Notes under the pieces: model-generated
Databases searched by the model: none
Told to the model about the DNA's origin: nothing
The model's input: only the letters and a program-made list of their open reading frames with translations
From: Octopus sinensis
Taxonomy: Eukaryota
Direction: 5' to 3'
Assembly (NCBI RefSeq): GCF_006345805.1
Contig: NC_043005.1
Span: 1,240,001 to 1,304,000 of the forward strand
DNA: 64,000 bases
In this document: positions 35,170 through 46,559 of the stretch, piece by piece
Layout of the letters: the number at the start of each line of letters is the position of its first letter
Numbering within the stretch: the first letter of the stretch is position 1
Position numbers and translations under genes: made by a program

Positions 35170-35800
35170 ACTACAAAGGACTTGCAAAGGCTTGGAAGAA
35201 ACTAAGCTAGCAGGTGATGCTGGATGGGTGATGTCAGTGTACATGCATGACAGATTGTAAATGATTTAAGAGGAAAACTGGGCATAAGAGGCATCAGATG
35301 TTCTGTGCAAGAGAGAAGACTCCACTGTTTTGGTCATGTGATGCATATGAATGAGGGCAGCAGTGTAAAGAAGTGCTGAGCTCTAAACGTGGAGGGTACT
35401 TGTGGAAGTGGTAAACCTTGGAAGATGTGGGACGAGGTGGTGAGAAAGGATCTTAGGATGCTGGGCCTCACTGAGGAGGTGACAAGGGACCAGGAGATGT
35501 GGTGATTTGCTGTACTTGATAAGAAGCATCAAGCTAAGTAAAATTGCAGTCTTCCACACATACAGGCTGGTCCTTTGCAGGTGCTGGTACCACATAAAAT
35601 GCACCTGTGCTGGTGATGCATTAATGCACCCAGCACACTCTCTTAAGTGGTTGGCATTAGGAAGGGGATCCAGCTATAGAAACCATGCCACAACAGACAA
35701 CTGGAGTCTAGACAGTTCCCTGCTAACCAACCCACCCCCCATGTCAAACCATGCAACCCATGCCAGTATGGAAAGTGAACATTAAGCGATGATGACGATG
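35170..35800 (+). mobile_element. RTE-LINE 3' fragment
   Basis: Matches the C-terminal and 3'UTR part of the 46560-48470 copy (ggcataagaggcatcagatg..caagagagaagact); ends in a gatgatgacgatg tail. Confidence 0.75.
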
Positions 35801-35974
35801 ATTATTATGTTCATGGTATCAGAATATTGACCAGACTATCAGATGTTTGTATGCATCACTGGTCACAATGCGTTTCACATTGTTTTAACCATTGAATGAT
35901 GCCATTCCACTGGCTAGGGGAGAGCAGGCTAACAGTCTTCCTGATCAGAAGGGGCTAATTTGTCGTGGGGTGAC

Positions 35975-36112
35975 CCATTTAAAGCTGAGTGGACAGGAGC
36001 AACATGAAATGAAATGTTTTGCTCAAAAACACGCAGACTGGCCCAGGACTCAAACCCACGATCTAGTGATTGTGAGTGCAACACCCTAACCACTAGGTCA
36101 TATGTAACCTTC
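35975..36112 (-). mobile_element. tRNA-derived SINE fragment (family B-like head)
   Basis: Minus strand tgaaggttacatatgacctagtggttaggg...gggtttgagtcc. Confidence 0.55.
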
Positions 36113-36708
36113 ACATATATGATTATATTATAAACTTTAAAACACCCAATGTTAATGAGTGAACCTTCTTTTTACTGGTGCAAATTTTATGGCAATACTG
36201 TGCAGTGTTTATTGTGCATATAAATACTACTGTCTGGGAAGTAAACTCTCACAGACCACAAGGACTGGCAGCACAATATTGGCTACCATATGTCATAATT
36301 CCAGTTGTAATTTTACATGGCAACTTTTCACATTGTCTTTTTCATGGTTCTAAAGAACCCCAGCAAAATGACAATTATTTAAATCTTGTTGTCAGTAAAA
36401 ATGAAGTGAAGGACAATATATGTATCGGAAGATATTCAGATTTAGCTACATTTCCATGTATGAAATATCTTATTCCTGTCAATGCATCTGGTAGTATTCT
36501 AGGGGCTTTGGAGTGTTTCTCGGAAACAAGAATAAGATCAACAGGTAAAACTGTCTTTGAATAAATTAATAAAATAAACAGAATAATTGCTTACCAAATA
36601 CGATTATTCAGATTTAATTAAATATAGACATAAAACTATATATATGTAAGTATACACTGTTCAGATAAGCTTAGCAACTAAGGGGTTAGTAAATCCTATA
36701 TAAGCATT

Positions 36709-37034
36709 AAGACCCTTTGGTTATGAATGACCATGGGATTGCACCAAGAAAGTTCCCCACCAAGGAACAATTCTAGGCAACATTGTTTATGGAAGCCTAG
36801 CAGTCGGCCATGCATACCAGCCTCTTCTCTCCTCACTACTGATGTTATCCAAGGAAAAGGCAAAGGCCATGATACAGCTTGGCACCAGTTACGTTGCAAC
36901 TCATTTCTACAGCTGAGTGATCTGAAGCAATACAAAATAAAGTGTCTTGCCCAAGAACACAACATGCAGCTCAGTCTGGGAATCAAACTCAGTACCTCAT
37001 GATTGTGAGCTCACCACTGTGCCATGTGCCTTCA
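36709..37034 (-). mobile_element. tRNA-derived SINE (family B), about 80 nt into the intron after exon 2
   Basis: Colinear with the 27541-27880 copy. Confidence 0.8.
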
Positions 37035-37111
37035 CTACATAAACATAGCAGTGAATGTAAAAAAAAAAAATAAATAAAAGGGAAAATTAATGGATGACTC
37101 TAGAAACTTAC

Positions 37112-37225
37112 CATTCCTTCAGGTGTTGGTGCAACTTCTAAGAACTGAAGACCAAAGTAGTCTTTTTCAATGAGTTCAAGATGATCATAGACTTTCTCAA
37201 GCAATGCCTGAGCTTTACTCCGTTT
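37112..37225 (-). CDS. PTPN4: PTPN4-like coding exon 2 (KRSKAQ...KDYFGLQF...PEGM), FERM F1 lobe
   Basis: ctatttcag|AAACGG...GGAATG|gtaagt; 114 nt, phase 0-0; contains the FERM motif DYFGL. Confidence 0.95.
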
Positions 37226-37964
37226 CTGAAATAGATAAGTGAAAAAGTGGCTGTTCTAAGCATTGGATGTTGAGGTGTGGTCAGAAGAGACTATGGCAGA
37301 AGTTGAAATGATAGCATTATTAAACAACAATGGTAAGTGATAGCCAGTGATGTGGGCAGAGAGTATAGAAGATGATGGCATCCTGACCACTAGAAGTAGG
37401 GTAGACAAGTTATGGAGAAAGCATGACAAAATGAAGCATAGAAATTGGGGACCAGAGCAAAATAAAGAGGAAACTCAAATAACAACAGCTAATAAGGACC
37501 AATGTTTTCAGATGGTTTCAGCTTAGAAGTTTCTTAAGCAGAAGATGATGGGCTGGATGACAGGGGTGTTGAGCCAGACACATGACTAACATAAAAGCAA
37601 ATACTGTTGGCTCAGAGGACGCATGAATATTTCTGGAAACATTCTTCAATAAAATAGAATAAAAAAAAAAATCTTCATTTCATTTCATTTCTATTTTGAA
37701 TTTATTTTTTCATGAGGTTACACAAAAGTAAGACACAGCTGGGAAATGAGATTTGTAAGTAGAACAACTGGTGACACTATTTATAAGAAAGCAGATGTAA
37801 TTGATACAAAGATTTTTACAGCTGGATAGATCTTTCTACACATCTTAATGCCAATGAGAAAGAGAGAAAGAGGAAGAAAGTGTGAGGGGACGGAGGAAGA
37901 AAGAGCAAGAGGGGGGAGAGGAGAGTGGGGGCAAGAGAGAGAGGAGAGGGAGGGAGGTAGGTAG

Positions 37965-37998
<34 letters not shown>

Positions 37999-38559
37999 AT
38001 TCTATTTCTTCAAGCAGAATTTGTTATTTCTTCCCAAATTAAGATAGCATAACAGTAACCACTAGCTGAGACTGACTACATTTCATGAAAGTCAAATGAT
38101 TGCAAAATAAATGAAGATGGAAATGGAAGATCATAACAACAAGCAATGTCAAGAGAATGGATTATATTTAGTTATTTGTCAGTATATATTCAATCAGACA
38201 GAATTTATTTTTCCAGGCCACTGCCAATTGGATGCTTTAGAATATCCAAACTCCTGCAAAAATTTCTTGAAACAAATATTTTTACAGGTGGATATTTCTT
38301 TTTACAAAGAGCTAAACAACCAAAGTGGAACATTGGAGAAATTCTTATGAGATGGATGGCTGCAGAAAGCGAAGCTTCAGGATTTTCTGGGGGTGGTGGT
38401 GGTGTTTACAGTGGTAAACAGAAACACATTAATCATTCAACCAGAATAAAACTAAAATTGTAACTGAACAGAAAAACAAATTAAGGACAGGTAATTAAAA
38501 GGTGAAAAAGAAGTTGATAAAACCATTTGTTGATCTGAAGAAGGTCTGTTACCAAGTAC

Positions 38560-38830
38560 CAAAATGGTGCACACCCTATGCAAAGGTGCAGTTGGCAAAC
38601 TGATAGACAGCAAGGAGTTCAGTAGGAAATTTCATATGCAGTACATGTTCATCAAGATTAGCTTCTCAGCCCCTTCTTGTTCTCTGAGAAGTTTAAGGCT
38701 GGCTATCTGTGGGAACTCCTTTATGCTAATGATCAAGTTCTTACAACAAAGTCTGGAGAAGACTCAGACAAGAGATTTCAAATGTGGAAACAAAACTGAT
38801 AATTGAGAACCTCAAGAGTAAGGGAGAAGA
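38560..38830 (+). mobile_element. Old RTE-LINE RT fragment
   Basis: KFKAGYLWELLYANDQVL..RFQMWKQ matches the MGCPWELRYADDLVL..FHVWKQ of the 47021 ORF. Confidence 0.6.
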
Positions 38831-39199
38831 AGATAAAGTTTTAATAAGTAAAAAAGACAAGACTCTGTTGCTATCACAAAAAAATAAGATGGTTTGATAT
38901 ACAAAAAAAAGAAAAGAGTAAGCAGGAAGTGCATATGGTATGCAGAGAGTGAACCCTAGGTAGATAAAGTGTACTGGGCTTACAGGCAATCTGTCAGTGA
39001 TGAAAGACTTTGTATGAGGCAGATATAAGAGGAGGAGCTAGCAGTGAGAGCAGCAGTAAAGTAAATTCTCTTCAATGCTTGGATGGCCTCATAGAAATAC
39101 TTGAGAGAGCTTCTGTTAGCAAGGTGACCTAATTAGTAGAGAAGGAGGGTGTTGTTAAAGCCAGAACTAGAACAGAGTAGAAAAAGTACAGGGAGATGT

Positions 39200-40330
39200 T
39201 TCCTCTGCTAGCAACAAGAGGATTCTCTTTTCAAACAAAGGGCAGATTGTATATTGCTTGTGTAGGAAGTGCATGTTGTATGATATTTAAAAAGGAATAT
39301 TGAATGCAGAATATGTGTGAAGATTGGAGAGAAATGAAGTAAGCATACTCCACTGAATGCATAATGGTAGTGCAGCTGAGTAATGTTATTGTGATGGTCT
39401 GAAAGAAATACTGAGTAAAAGAGGAATCAAATGTGTACAAGGGAGACGACTGTATTGATACAAACATGTAATGCGTACAAATGCTAAGAAATGAGTAAAG
39501 AAGTATGATGATACATGTATGTGTGTGAGTGTAACGTCTGTGGCAGCCATGTGTACTGAGGGTGCGTATATGTGTAAGCGTGGGGGTAGTAAGGAGTGAG
39601 AAGTAGTCGGGGAGGGTGGAGAGAACGTGGTTGGCGGGTACAGGTAGTGCTGTGGGGTAAAAGGGAAAGAGGAAAAAGGGTAATAGCTGCATAATTCTGA
39701 AGCAAGTGAGAAAAGTGCAGGACAGAAAACTGAGGTAGTGAATTTAAACAAAAGGTTGTGTGCTTTGTAGAGAGAAATGAATTCCAGTTCCCTCTGAAGA
39801 CAAGTAGTAAGGGATCTGCAGTTGGAGGTCAAGCAAAAGACTAAGAGAGGTTAGCTGGAGTGGCCAGTGGAGCAGAAATGCCAAGAGACAGATGACTTGT
39901 TATTATACTGAATGCCCCTGAGATGCTCTACAAATCTGTCAGTTGGTAGTTGGTTTGACCACTGTTTATTGAATGAGAGAGGTAATATTGGAGCACATAT
40001 ATATCAAGTTGTTGGAGATGTATTGGAAAGAGTGCCTTAAGTGGAAAGAGCTGTGGTTGAATTTGGTGAGGATGATGGTAAAGGAAAAGGAGCAGTGAAG
40101 GAATTTGGAAGGAGGATGGAGTGTGGGGAAGACGTTATGGATGAGGATGCTGTGTAAATTGCAGCGATACTTAAAGGAATGCATAGGAAAGGGAAGAAAC
40201 AAGGTGGCAGAAGAGATAAAGGATGGTGCATTGTGGGAGTAGGGTATGGGGTAGTAGATAAGGAGACGTGGTGGGTTGGGTTCTGTAAGTAGAGTGTAAG
40301 GGTTGAGTAGCAATCAATGGTACAGAGATG
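39200..40330 (-). mobile_element. Highly decayed retroelement-like fragment (possibly Penelope-type)
   Basis: Purine-skewed block with several overlapping minus-strand ORFs and only faint motif similarity. Confidence 0.25.
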
Positions 40331-40619
40331 AAAAAGCACAGTTTTAATAAGGGTAGACGGGTAACTATGTCAAATGAATAGACTGATCATGATTTGATCT
40401 TGGACTTGAAAGTCATGGTTGTGGCTATAGAAGCAGCATAGAAGGAAAAGAGGGAGAAAAGGAGGGTAGGCTGGGTGAGGGTGAGATGGAAGGAGGGAAA
40501 TCAAGGTAGGAGTGGGTGTTGGTTTGTAGAAAACCTGCATGTGCTAGTGGTGCATTTTTGCGGAAGTTTATATAACTATGGAGAGTTCACCACAACAATG
40601 TAGCCAGTTATTCTGATCA

Positions 40620-40850
40620 CATAACCCAAGCTTTCCTGGTCAAGATCAACACATCACTTAGTTGACAGGTTCCCTACACTTCTGACATGGCACTGTGTGA
40701 TTTCTGACTCTTCCCAAAACTAAAAACCACTCTGAAAAGGAAGTGATTTGAGTTACAAGAGGAAATTATGAGGAAAGTGATGGTGGAGCTCCATAGTATT
40801 CCAGAGATGTTCCAGTGAGGGAACTCCTAGGAGAAGTGGGTGAACTCCCA
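40620..40850 (+). mobile_element. Mariner transposase 3' fragment
   Basis: SDMALCDF*LFPKLK resembles the mariner SPDLAPCDFWLFPKLK motif. Confidence 0.6.
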
Positions 40851-41615
40851 CGGACTTTGACTGGCACACCACACAATGTGCCACTACTGGGAAACCATAC
40901 AACATGCCCCAACTGGCACAACACACACTATACAATATAACCCATAACCTGATCTAAACAATCAAACCACTTAACAAAATGAATGATCTAATTTGGTTGT
41001 CAACCACAACTAGAATAACAACATATGATGTTTAGTCTTCCAAGTGTGGCTTTGAAGCAAGCCAATAGCAATATACTGCACACAAACACTGAATGATAGA
41101 ATGTCCAGTGAAGAGAATTACTAAATATACTTGACATATTGGTGTAGACATGACCATGAGATTCAGAAGTTTGCTTTGGAACTGCATGGTCTCTACTATA
41201 GCCATAGGTTGACTGACCCAATATGCTGAGAGTAAAATTAGTAAGAAATCCACTGTATATGTGTGTCAGTGCTGTCCTTTACCTTTTGACATTCACCTGC
41301 TGATTGACAACGAAGTCATCAGTCAAACAAATGCTGTCATTTTCTTGCAATCACCCATGAAAACATATCTGGCCATAGAGCTGCTGTTTGTTACTCATAG
41401 ATAAATATTTACTAGAAACAGATGAGGGTTGGTGACAAGAAGGACATCCAGCCTTTGAAAATCTACCTGAGTTTCATCTGGTTTTCCATTGAAGAATGGA
41501 AAACCAGATGTTGAATTGATGATGATTCTAAGGAGTAAATTACTGTTTAATCCTTGACACAACTACACACCACAATACAATAACTGCTTATTAAATACAT
41601 TTGATACTATGTATG

Positions 41616-42448
41616 CATGAGGTAGTATCCAAAAAGTTCCTGGACAATATCTATAGTGCACCAACAAATGGCAGCATACAGTTGTGTGCACAGTGAGGGC
41701 TAGCACTGACCTTCATGAGGCAGTGTGCCAAGGGACATAGCTGGGTTTACTTTGCAAGTTGTGAAAATTGTGTTTTTGTGATCACATGTGTCAGCTGTAG
41801 TCTGCGATTTTTCTAACGGGCAAGAAGTTGGGACAAAGAGCCAACCTGAAATTTTGTGTTAAACTTGGGAAGTCTGCTACAGAGGCATTGAGCATGCTTC
41901 AGCAAGCTTATGGCAATGAGGCAATGGGTTGAACACAATGTTTCGAGTGGCATGGGTGCTCCAAAAGCAGAACATCCTTGGAAGACAATGAGTGATCTGG
42001 AGGACCTCCCATGAGTGTGACCCCCGAAAATGCGAAGAGAATTCATCAGCTTGTGCATTAGGATTGTCAGAGGACAATTAACAACATTCTGGAGCAAATG
42101 AGGGAGGACATTTGGTGAAAATAACTGGATATAGTATTACTTTTGCACCAGCCTTATTTGCCAGATTTAGCATCTGCAGACTTCCATCTCTTCCCCAAGA
42201 TGAAAATGGAGCTCAAAGGTTCCTGTTTGAACACCATTGTCGAGATCAACAACAATTTGTAGAAAGTTCTCAACTTGCTTATGGAAAGCAACTTCTAGGC
42301 CGGATTCCAAAAGTGGAAGGAACATTGGGACTGGGGTATTGCTGTGCAAGGTGACTATTTTGAAGGGGATGAAGTTAAAACTTGTGTAAATAAGTTATTT
42401 TTTTTATTAAACATAACTAGTCCAGGAACGTTTTGATACCACCTCAGA
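41616..42448 (+). mobile_element. Mariner element, same family as 30853-31781, further deleted
   Basis: TIRs catgaggtagtatccaaaaagttcctggac / gtccaggaacgttttgataccacctca; colinear with the 30853 copy. Confidence 0.88.
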
Positions 42449-43234
42449 TTATGTGTGTGTGAGAAGAATATGCAGGAAAGCATGTGTGTATGAATAGGAG
42501 AAAGCATGTGTATGTGTTATGAAATAGGAACATATTCTTATTTAAGGTCCATAATCAGTAAATAGAGAGAAAACTCAAAGAGCAGTATGACAATTAGTCA
42601 AAAAGATAAATCTGATGAGAGTTAGAGAAGTTAATAGAAAACTTCAAGAAATAGAGGTTAGAGGATGAATGAAGGGCAGAGAGTAGGAGTGTATACAAGT
42701 GCTTAAAATGACAAACTACAAATAATATTTAAAATAAGATCGAAGAGGAGAAACAGTCGAAATAGAGCAGGTTGCTTCAAGAGAAAGAAGCAGTGAGAAG
42801 ACAAAAGAATTATATTAAAGATTATCAATAGGAAAAACTTGCTGATTAGTGAAGTCTTGTGAATGCTGCTTAGCTGAATGGCGGTACTATTACTATCTGG
42901 TAGTGGTAGTAGTAGTAGTATGGGGGAAGTACTGTAACAGCGTGTCACAGCATCCACCATTTGTTGGGGGTTTCCTACTACTCTTGGCGGATGATGCCTC
43001 TACACCACACAAGCAACAACCCTCCAACTCCTGGGTTTGTTTGAGCAGCTGTTACTGGTGGTGGATTTATGAATTTGGAGTGCAAATCCTACCTCAAACT
43101 TTTTTGGTTGCCTCTTATGACACACAGAGAAAACTTTTGGTCTATTCTTTGACACGTTGGTCCCCACTACACAATCTGATGACTAGTTTTTATTATAAAA
43201 TGTAACTGAGCAGTTTACTTTTTCATTTGTTAGC

Positions 43235-43392
43235 CTTTGAGTGGTTGGCGTTAGGAAGGGCATCCAGCTGTAGAAACAATGCCCGATCAGATTGGAGCCT
43301 GGTGCAGCCTTCTGGCTCGCCAGTCCTCGGTCAAACCGTGCAACCCATGCTAGCATGGAAAGCGGACGTTAAACGATAATGATTATGATGAT
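43235..43392 (+). mobile_element. RTE-LINE 3'-end fragment
   Basis: gagtggttggcgttaggaagggcatccagctgtagaaac...aaacgataatgattatgatgatg. Confidence 0.8.
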
Positions 43393-43467
43393 GAGATGAA
43401 TGTGCAAGGAAAATGTGAATATTTTCTTGGAATACCTACAGGTTTGTGGTCTACACACACTCACACA

Positions 43468-43506
<39 letters not shown>

Positions 43507-44216
43507 CTGATGTAGAATGTTGTGAAATGTCATATTCAAACCACTTAAAATGTATTTTGCTTAGTAACTGTTTAGTTCTAAGAAAGAGAGCTTGTGATTA
43601 CACTTTCAAAGAGCTACAGATTGTTTGTTATATATTTAACAAACAGCAAAACATGGCTTTTAACTTCACAGAGACAATAATTTCTATCCCCCTTTACTCA
43701 TTTAAACTTTTTCGATGGATGTAATATATTACACTGTTTACTTCTGCCATGAATGTAGCAGAAATTGCAGTGGAAACATGCAACATTCAAATGATTGTCC
43801 AGGTTGTTAAATATTTTCATGCAACGTACTCTAATTGGGATTAAATCCTATCTTCTCTGGTGTATTAACTCCATGAGGAGCTGGATGGTTCTAAGGATTC
43901 AGATATTCATACATATTCACATGAAAAATTTCGTCAAGTAGATTCACAGTTGGATATCTGACCTAGCGTACCCAATGCCTATTTCTTCTTTTTTTTACTA
44001 AGTATGTACTACAGTGCAGAGTTAAAGAATGTGCTAGAAACATAAAGGATTACAACACCTCAGCTACCTACAGTCAGTCTGATAGTTTAACATTCTACCC
44101 AGCACAACACTCAATCTAACCTTTTGTGTAATTAATATAAATCCACGGCATAAACTAAGAGATGTCACCAGCAAGATCTGCAGTTCTTAAGCTGTTCACG
44201 ACTTTCTCTCTCTTAA

Positions 44217-44272
<56 letters not shown>

Positions 44273-44290
44273 ATGTATGAGAGAGAAAGA

Positions 44291-44560
44291 GAGGCATAGC
44301 TGTGTGGTAAGAAACTTGCTTCCCAACCACATGGTTCTGGGTTCAGTTCCATTGTGTGACACATTGGGAAAGTGTCTTCTACTCACTAGCATAGCTAGGG
44401 GGTGGGGGTGGATGGTAGGGGCTTCAGGCAACATGTGTTTTTTGTGGGGTCTGGGGGTGGCACACACTCTAGCTACACTAGTGCTTCTACTATAGTCTTG
44501 AGCTGACCAAAGCCTTGTGAGTGGATTTGGTAGATGGAAACTGAAAGAAGCCCATTGTAT
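44291..44560 (+). mobile_element. tRNA-derived SINE (family A) interrupted by a MITE
   Basis: gcatagctgtgtggtaagaaacttgcttcccaaccacatgg head; the body resumes after the insertion at 44384-44483. Confidence 0.85.
44384..44483. mobile_element. 100-bp hAT-like MITE
   Basis: 15-bp TIRs CACTAGCATAGCTAG / CTAGCTACACTAGTG (13/15 match) and a perfect 8-bp TSD CTTCTACT (44376-83, 44484-91). Confidence 0.8.
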
Positions 44561-44562
44561 AT

Positions 44563-44579
<17 letters not shown>

Positions 44580-44594
<15 letters not shown>

Positions 44595-45275
44595 CATACA
44601 AGCCAAATGAGACCATAACCTCGTGGCCTATGCCAGGAGCGTAACCAGCCCACTTATGCGTACCTTTTCCTTCTTTGGACACTAAACTCTGCTTGCAAAG
44701 ACCTGTTGAGGCAAGTGAAATCAAAATCAAATTCAATGACTGGCATCCGTGCTAGCGGGGTGCAAAGAGCACCATACGAGTGTGATCGTTGACAGAGCGG
44801 CTAACCAGCTTCCGTGCCAGTGGCACATAAAAGGCACCATTCGAGTGTGATCATTACCAGCATCGCCTTACTGGCACTTGTGCCCCTGCTTGTAGGGTGC
44901 CAAGAGCACCATCCGAGCGTGATCGCTGCCAGAGTGGCTAATTGGCTTCTGTGCCAGTGGCATGTAAAAGGGCACCATTCGAGCATGATCGTTACCAGCG
45001 TCGCCTTAGTGGCACCTGTGCCGGTGGCATGTGTAAAGAGATTCGAGCGAGGTCATTGCCAGTACCGCCTGACTGGCCCCCATGCCAGTGGCACGTAAAA
45101 AGCACCCACTACACTCTCGGAGTGGTTGGCGTTTAGGAAGAGCATCCAGCTTGTAGAAACTCTGCTAGATCAAGATTGGAGCCTGGTGCAGCCATCTGGT
45201 TCGCCAGCCCTCAGTCAAAATCGTCCAACCCATGCTAGCATGGAAAGCGGACATTAAACGATGATGATAATGATA
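44580..45275 (+). mobile_element. RTE-LINE 3'UTR-derived element with internal tandem subrepeats
   Basis: Repeated gcaccattcgagtgtgatc / gtgccagtggcac units, then the common RTE 3' end and a gatgataatg tail. Confidence 0.7.
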
Positions 45276-45289
45276 ATGTATATATAGGA

Positions 45290-45450
45290 GAAGAATTGGA
45301 GAATTTACAAAAAATAAAAAAGACGAAGACAGGTGGTGTATTAGTTTAACGCTCGGGAAGTGAGAAAGTCTTTAATGTTTTGAGCCTACGCTCTTCCACA
45401 GAAGGAAACAAGGAGAGAAAATAAAGGATGTGTAGTGGCAAGCGATCTAT
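45290..45450 (-). repeat. Penelope pLTR-like repeat containing a decayed hammerhead motif (45370-45404)
   Basis: Minus strand CTT / CTGTGGA-A / GAGC-GTAG-GCTC / AAAA / CAT-TA / AAG; two CG-to-CA changes would restore GCTC-GAAA-CGT. Confidence 0.4.
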
Positions 45451-45489
45451 CATGGCAAATGTATATATGTATATATATGTATATATCTA

Positions 45490-45695
45490 TCTATGAGTTT
45501 ATATTTGTCCCCTCATCATTAATTGACAACCAGTGTTGGTGTGTTTATGTCCTCCATAACTTTTAGCAGTTTGGCAAAAGAGAGGATAAAATAAATACGA
45601 AGCTTAAAAAACAAGTCCTGGGGTTTGATATGTTCAGCTAAAATCGTTCAAGGCAGTGCTCCAGCATGGCCACAGCCAAATGACTGAAACAAATC
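45490..45695 (+). mobile_element. SINE family A 3' domain
   Basis: ttgacaaccagtgttggtgtgtttatgtc...ggcagtgctccagcatggccacagccaaatgactgaaac. Confidence 0.7.
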
Positions 45696-46559
45696 AATAC
45701 ACACACCAAATCTCTATTCTTACCGTTGAAATGGACCTAATCCATCAAAAGTTAATTGATGTTCAGATTTGCCACTGAATTATTGAAATATTCAAACCTA
45801 AGTTATGTTTTTAATCAAACAATAAGATCAGCAGCTCCAACCTTAAAAAGGACTTCATAACACTGTGATATTATTAGCATCATATTAAATGTTAATGTCT
45901 GCACAATACAACAATGGTGGGTCAAATAAAGTATTTATTCTCAAAAGCATTCACTGTTAATCAATACTAATCATGTGTATACAAATTAATCAAGGTCTAA
46001 ATGGAGTAGAAATCTGTTTAACCTTATCTGTTCAGCTAAGCAAGCATTTTTCCATCCGTCTCTACTCTCATCATAGCCTCAATACTCCTAACAAAATGTC
46101 TGCACAGCAACATGTCTGCACAGCAACATGTCTGTCTAAATTCCACTGCTATTCTTCCCTTATTCTATGAATCAATTAGTAAGTCTATTGATAGACCCAG
46201 GTCTGTGTATTCAGCTGTCCAACTTAAGTATCCAACCGCATTCCTACATTTCCAATATCCATTCAACTATCTGTCGCCACCCTCCACGTCCCAAAATCAG
46301 TTTTTCTCCTTCCTGTCTAAGGCTCTAAATCATACATTGTAACTTCCTCATAAATATAAATTCAACAGAATACTTTCTTGGAAGCATTCTTAAAACCAAT
46401 CTGCACAAACAGCAACATCAACAAATGGTCTCAAGTGTGAGGAGGGCCTACTTAGACCTTGATGCTTTTGTGAGTATGCATGTATATATGAAAAGGTTTC
46501 AATTTAAAGGATATGAAGACAGGGAAAGCTCCCGGCCCATCATGAATCACCGCTGAGAT

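Noticed and set aside
36178-36564. 128-aa plus-strand ORF
   Set aside because: No recognisable motif, start context or splice signals; its length is compatible with chance.
38146-38463. Plus-strand ORF with acceptor-like sites (PLPIGCFR...GYFFLQR...)
   Set aside because: No recognisable homology and no partner exons, and it lies next to a decayed RTE RT fragment. Probably old LINE sequence or chance.
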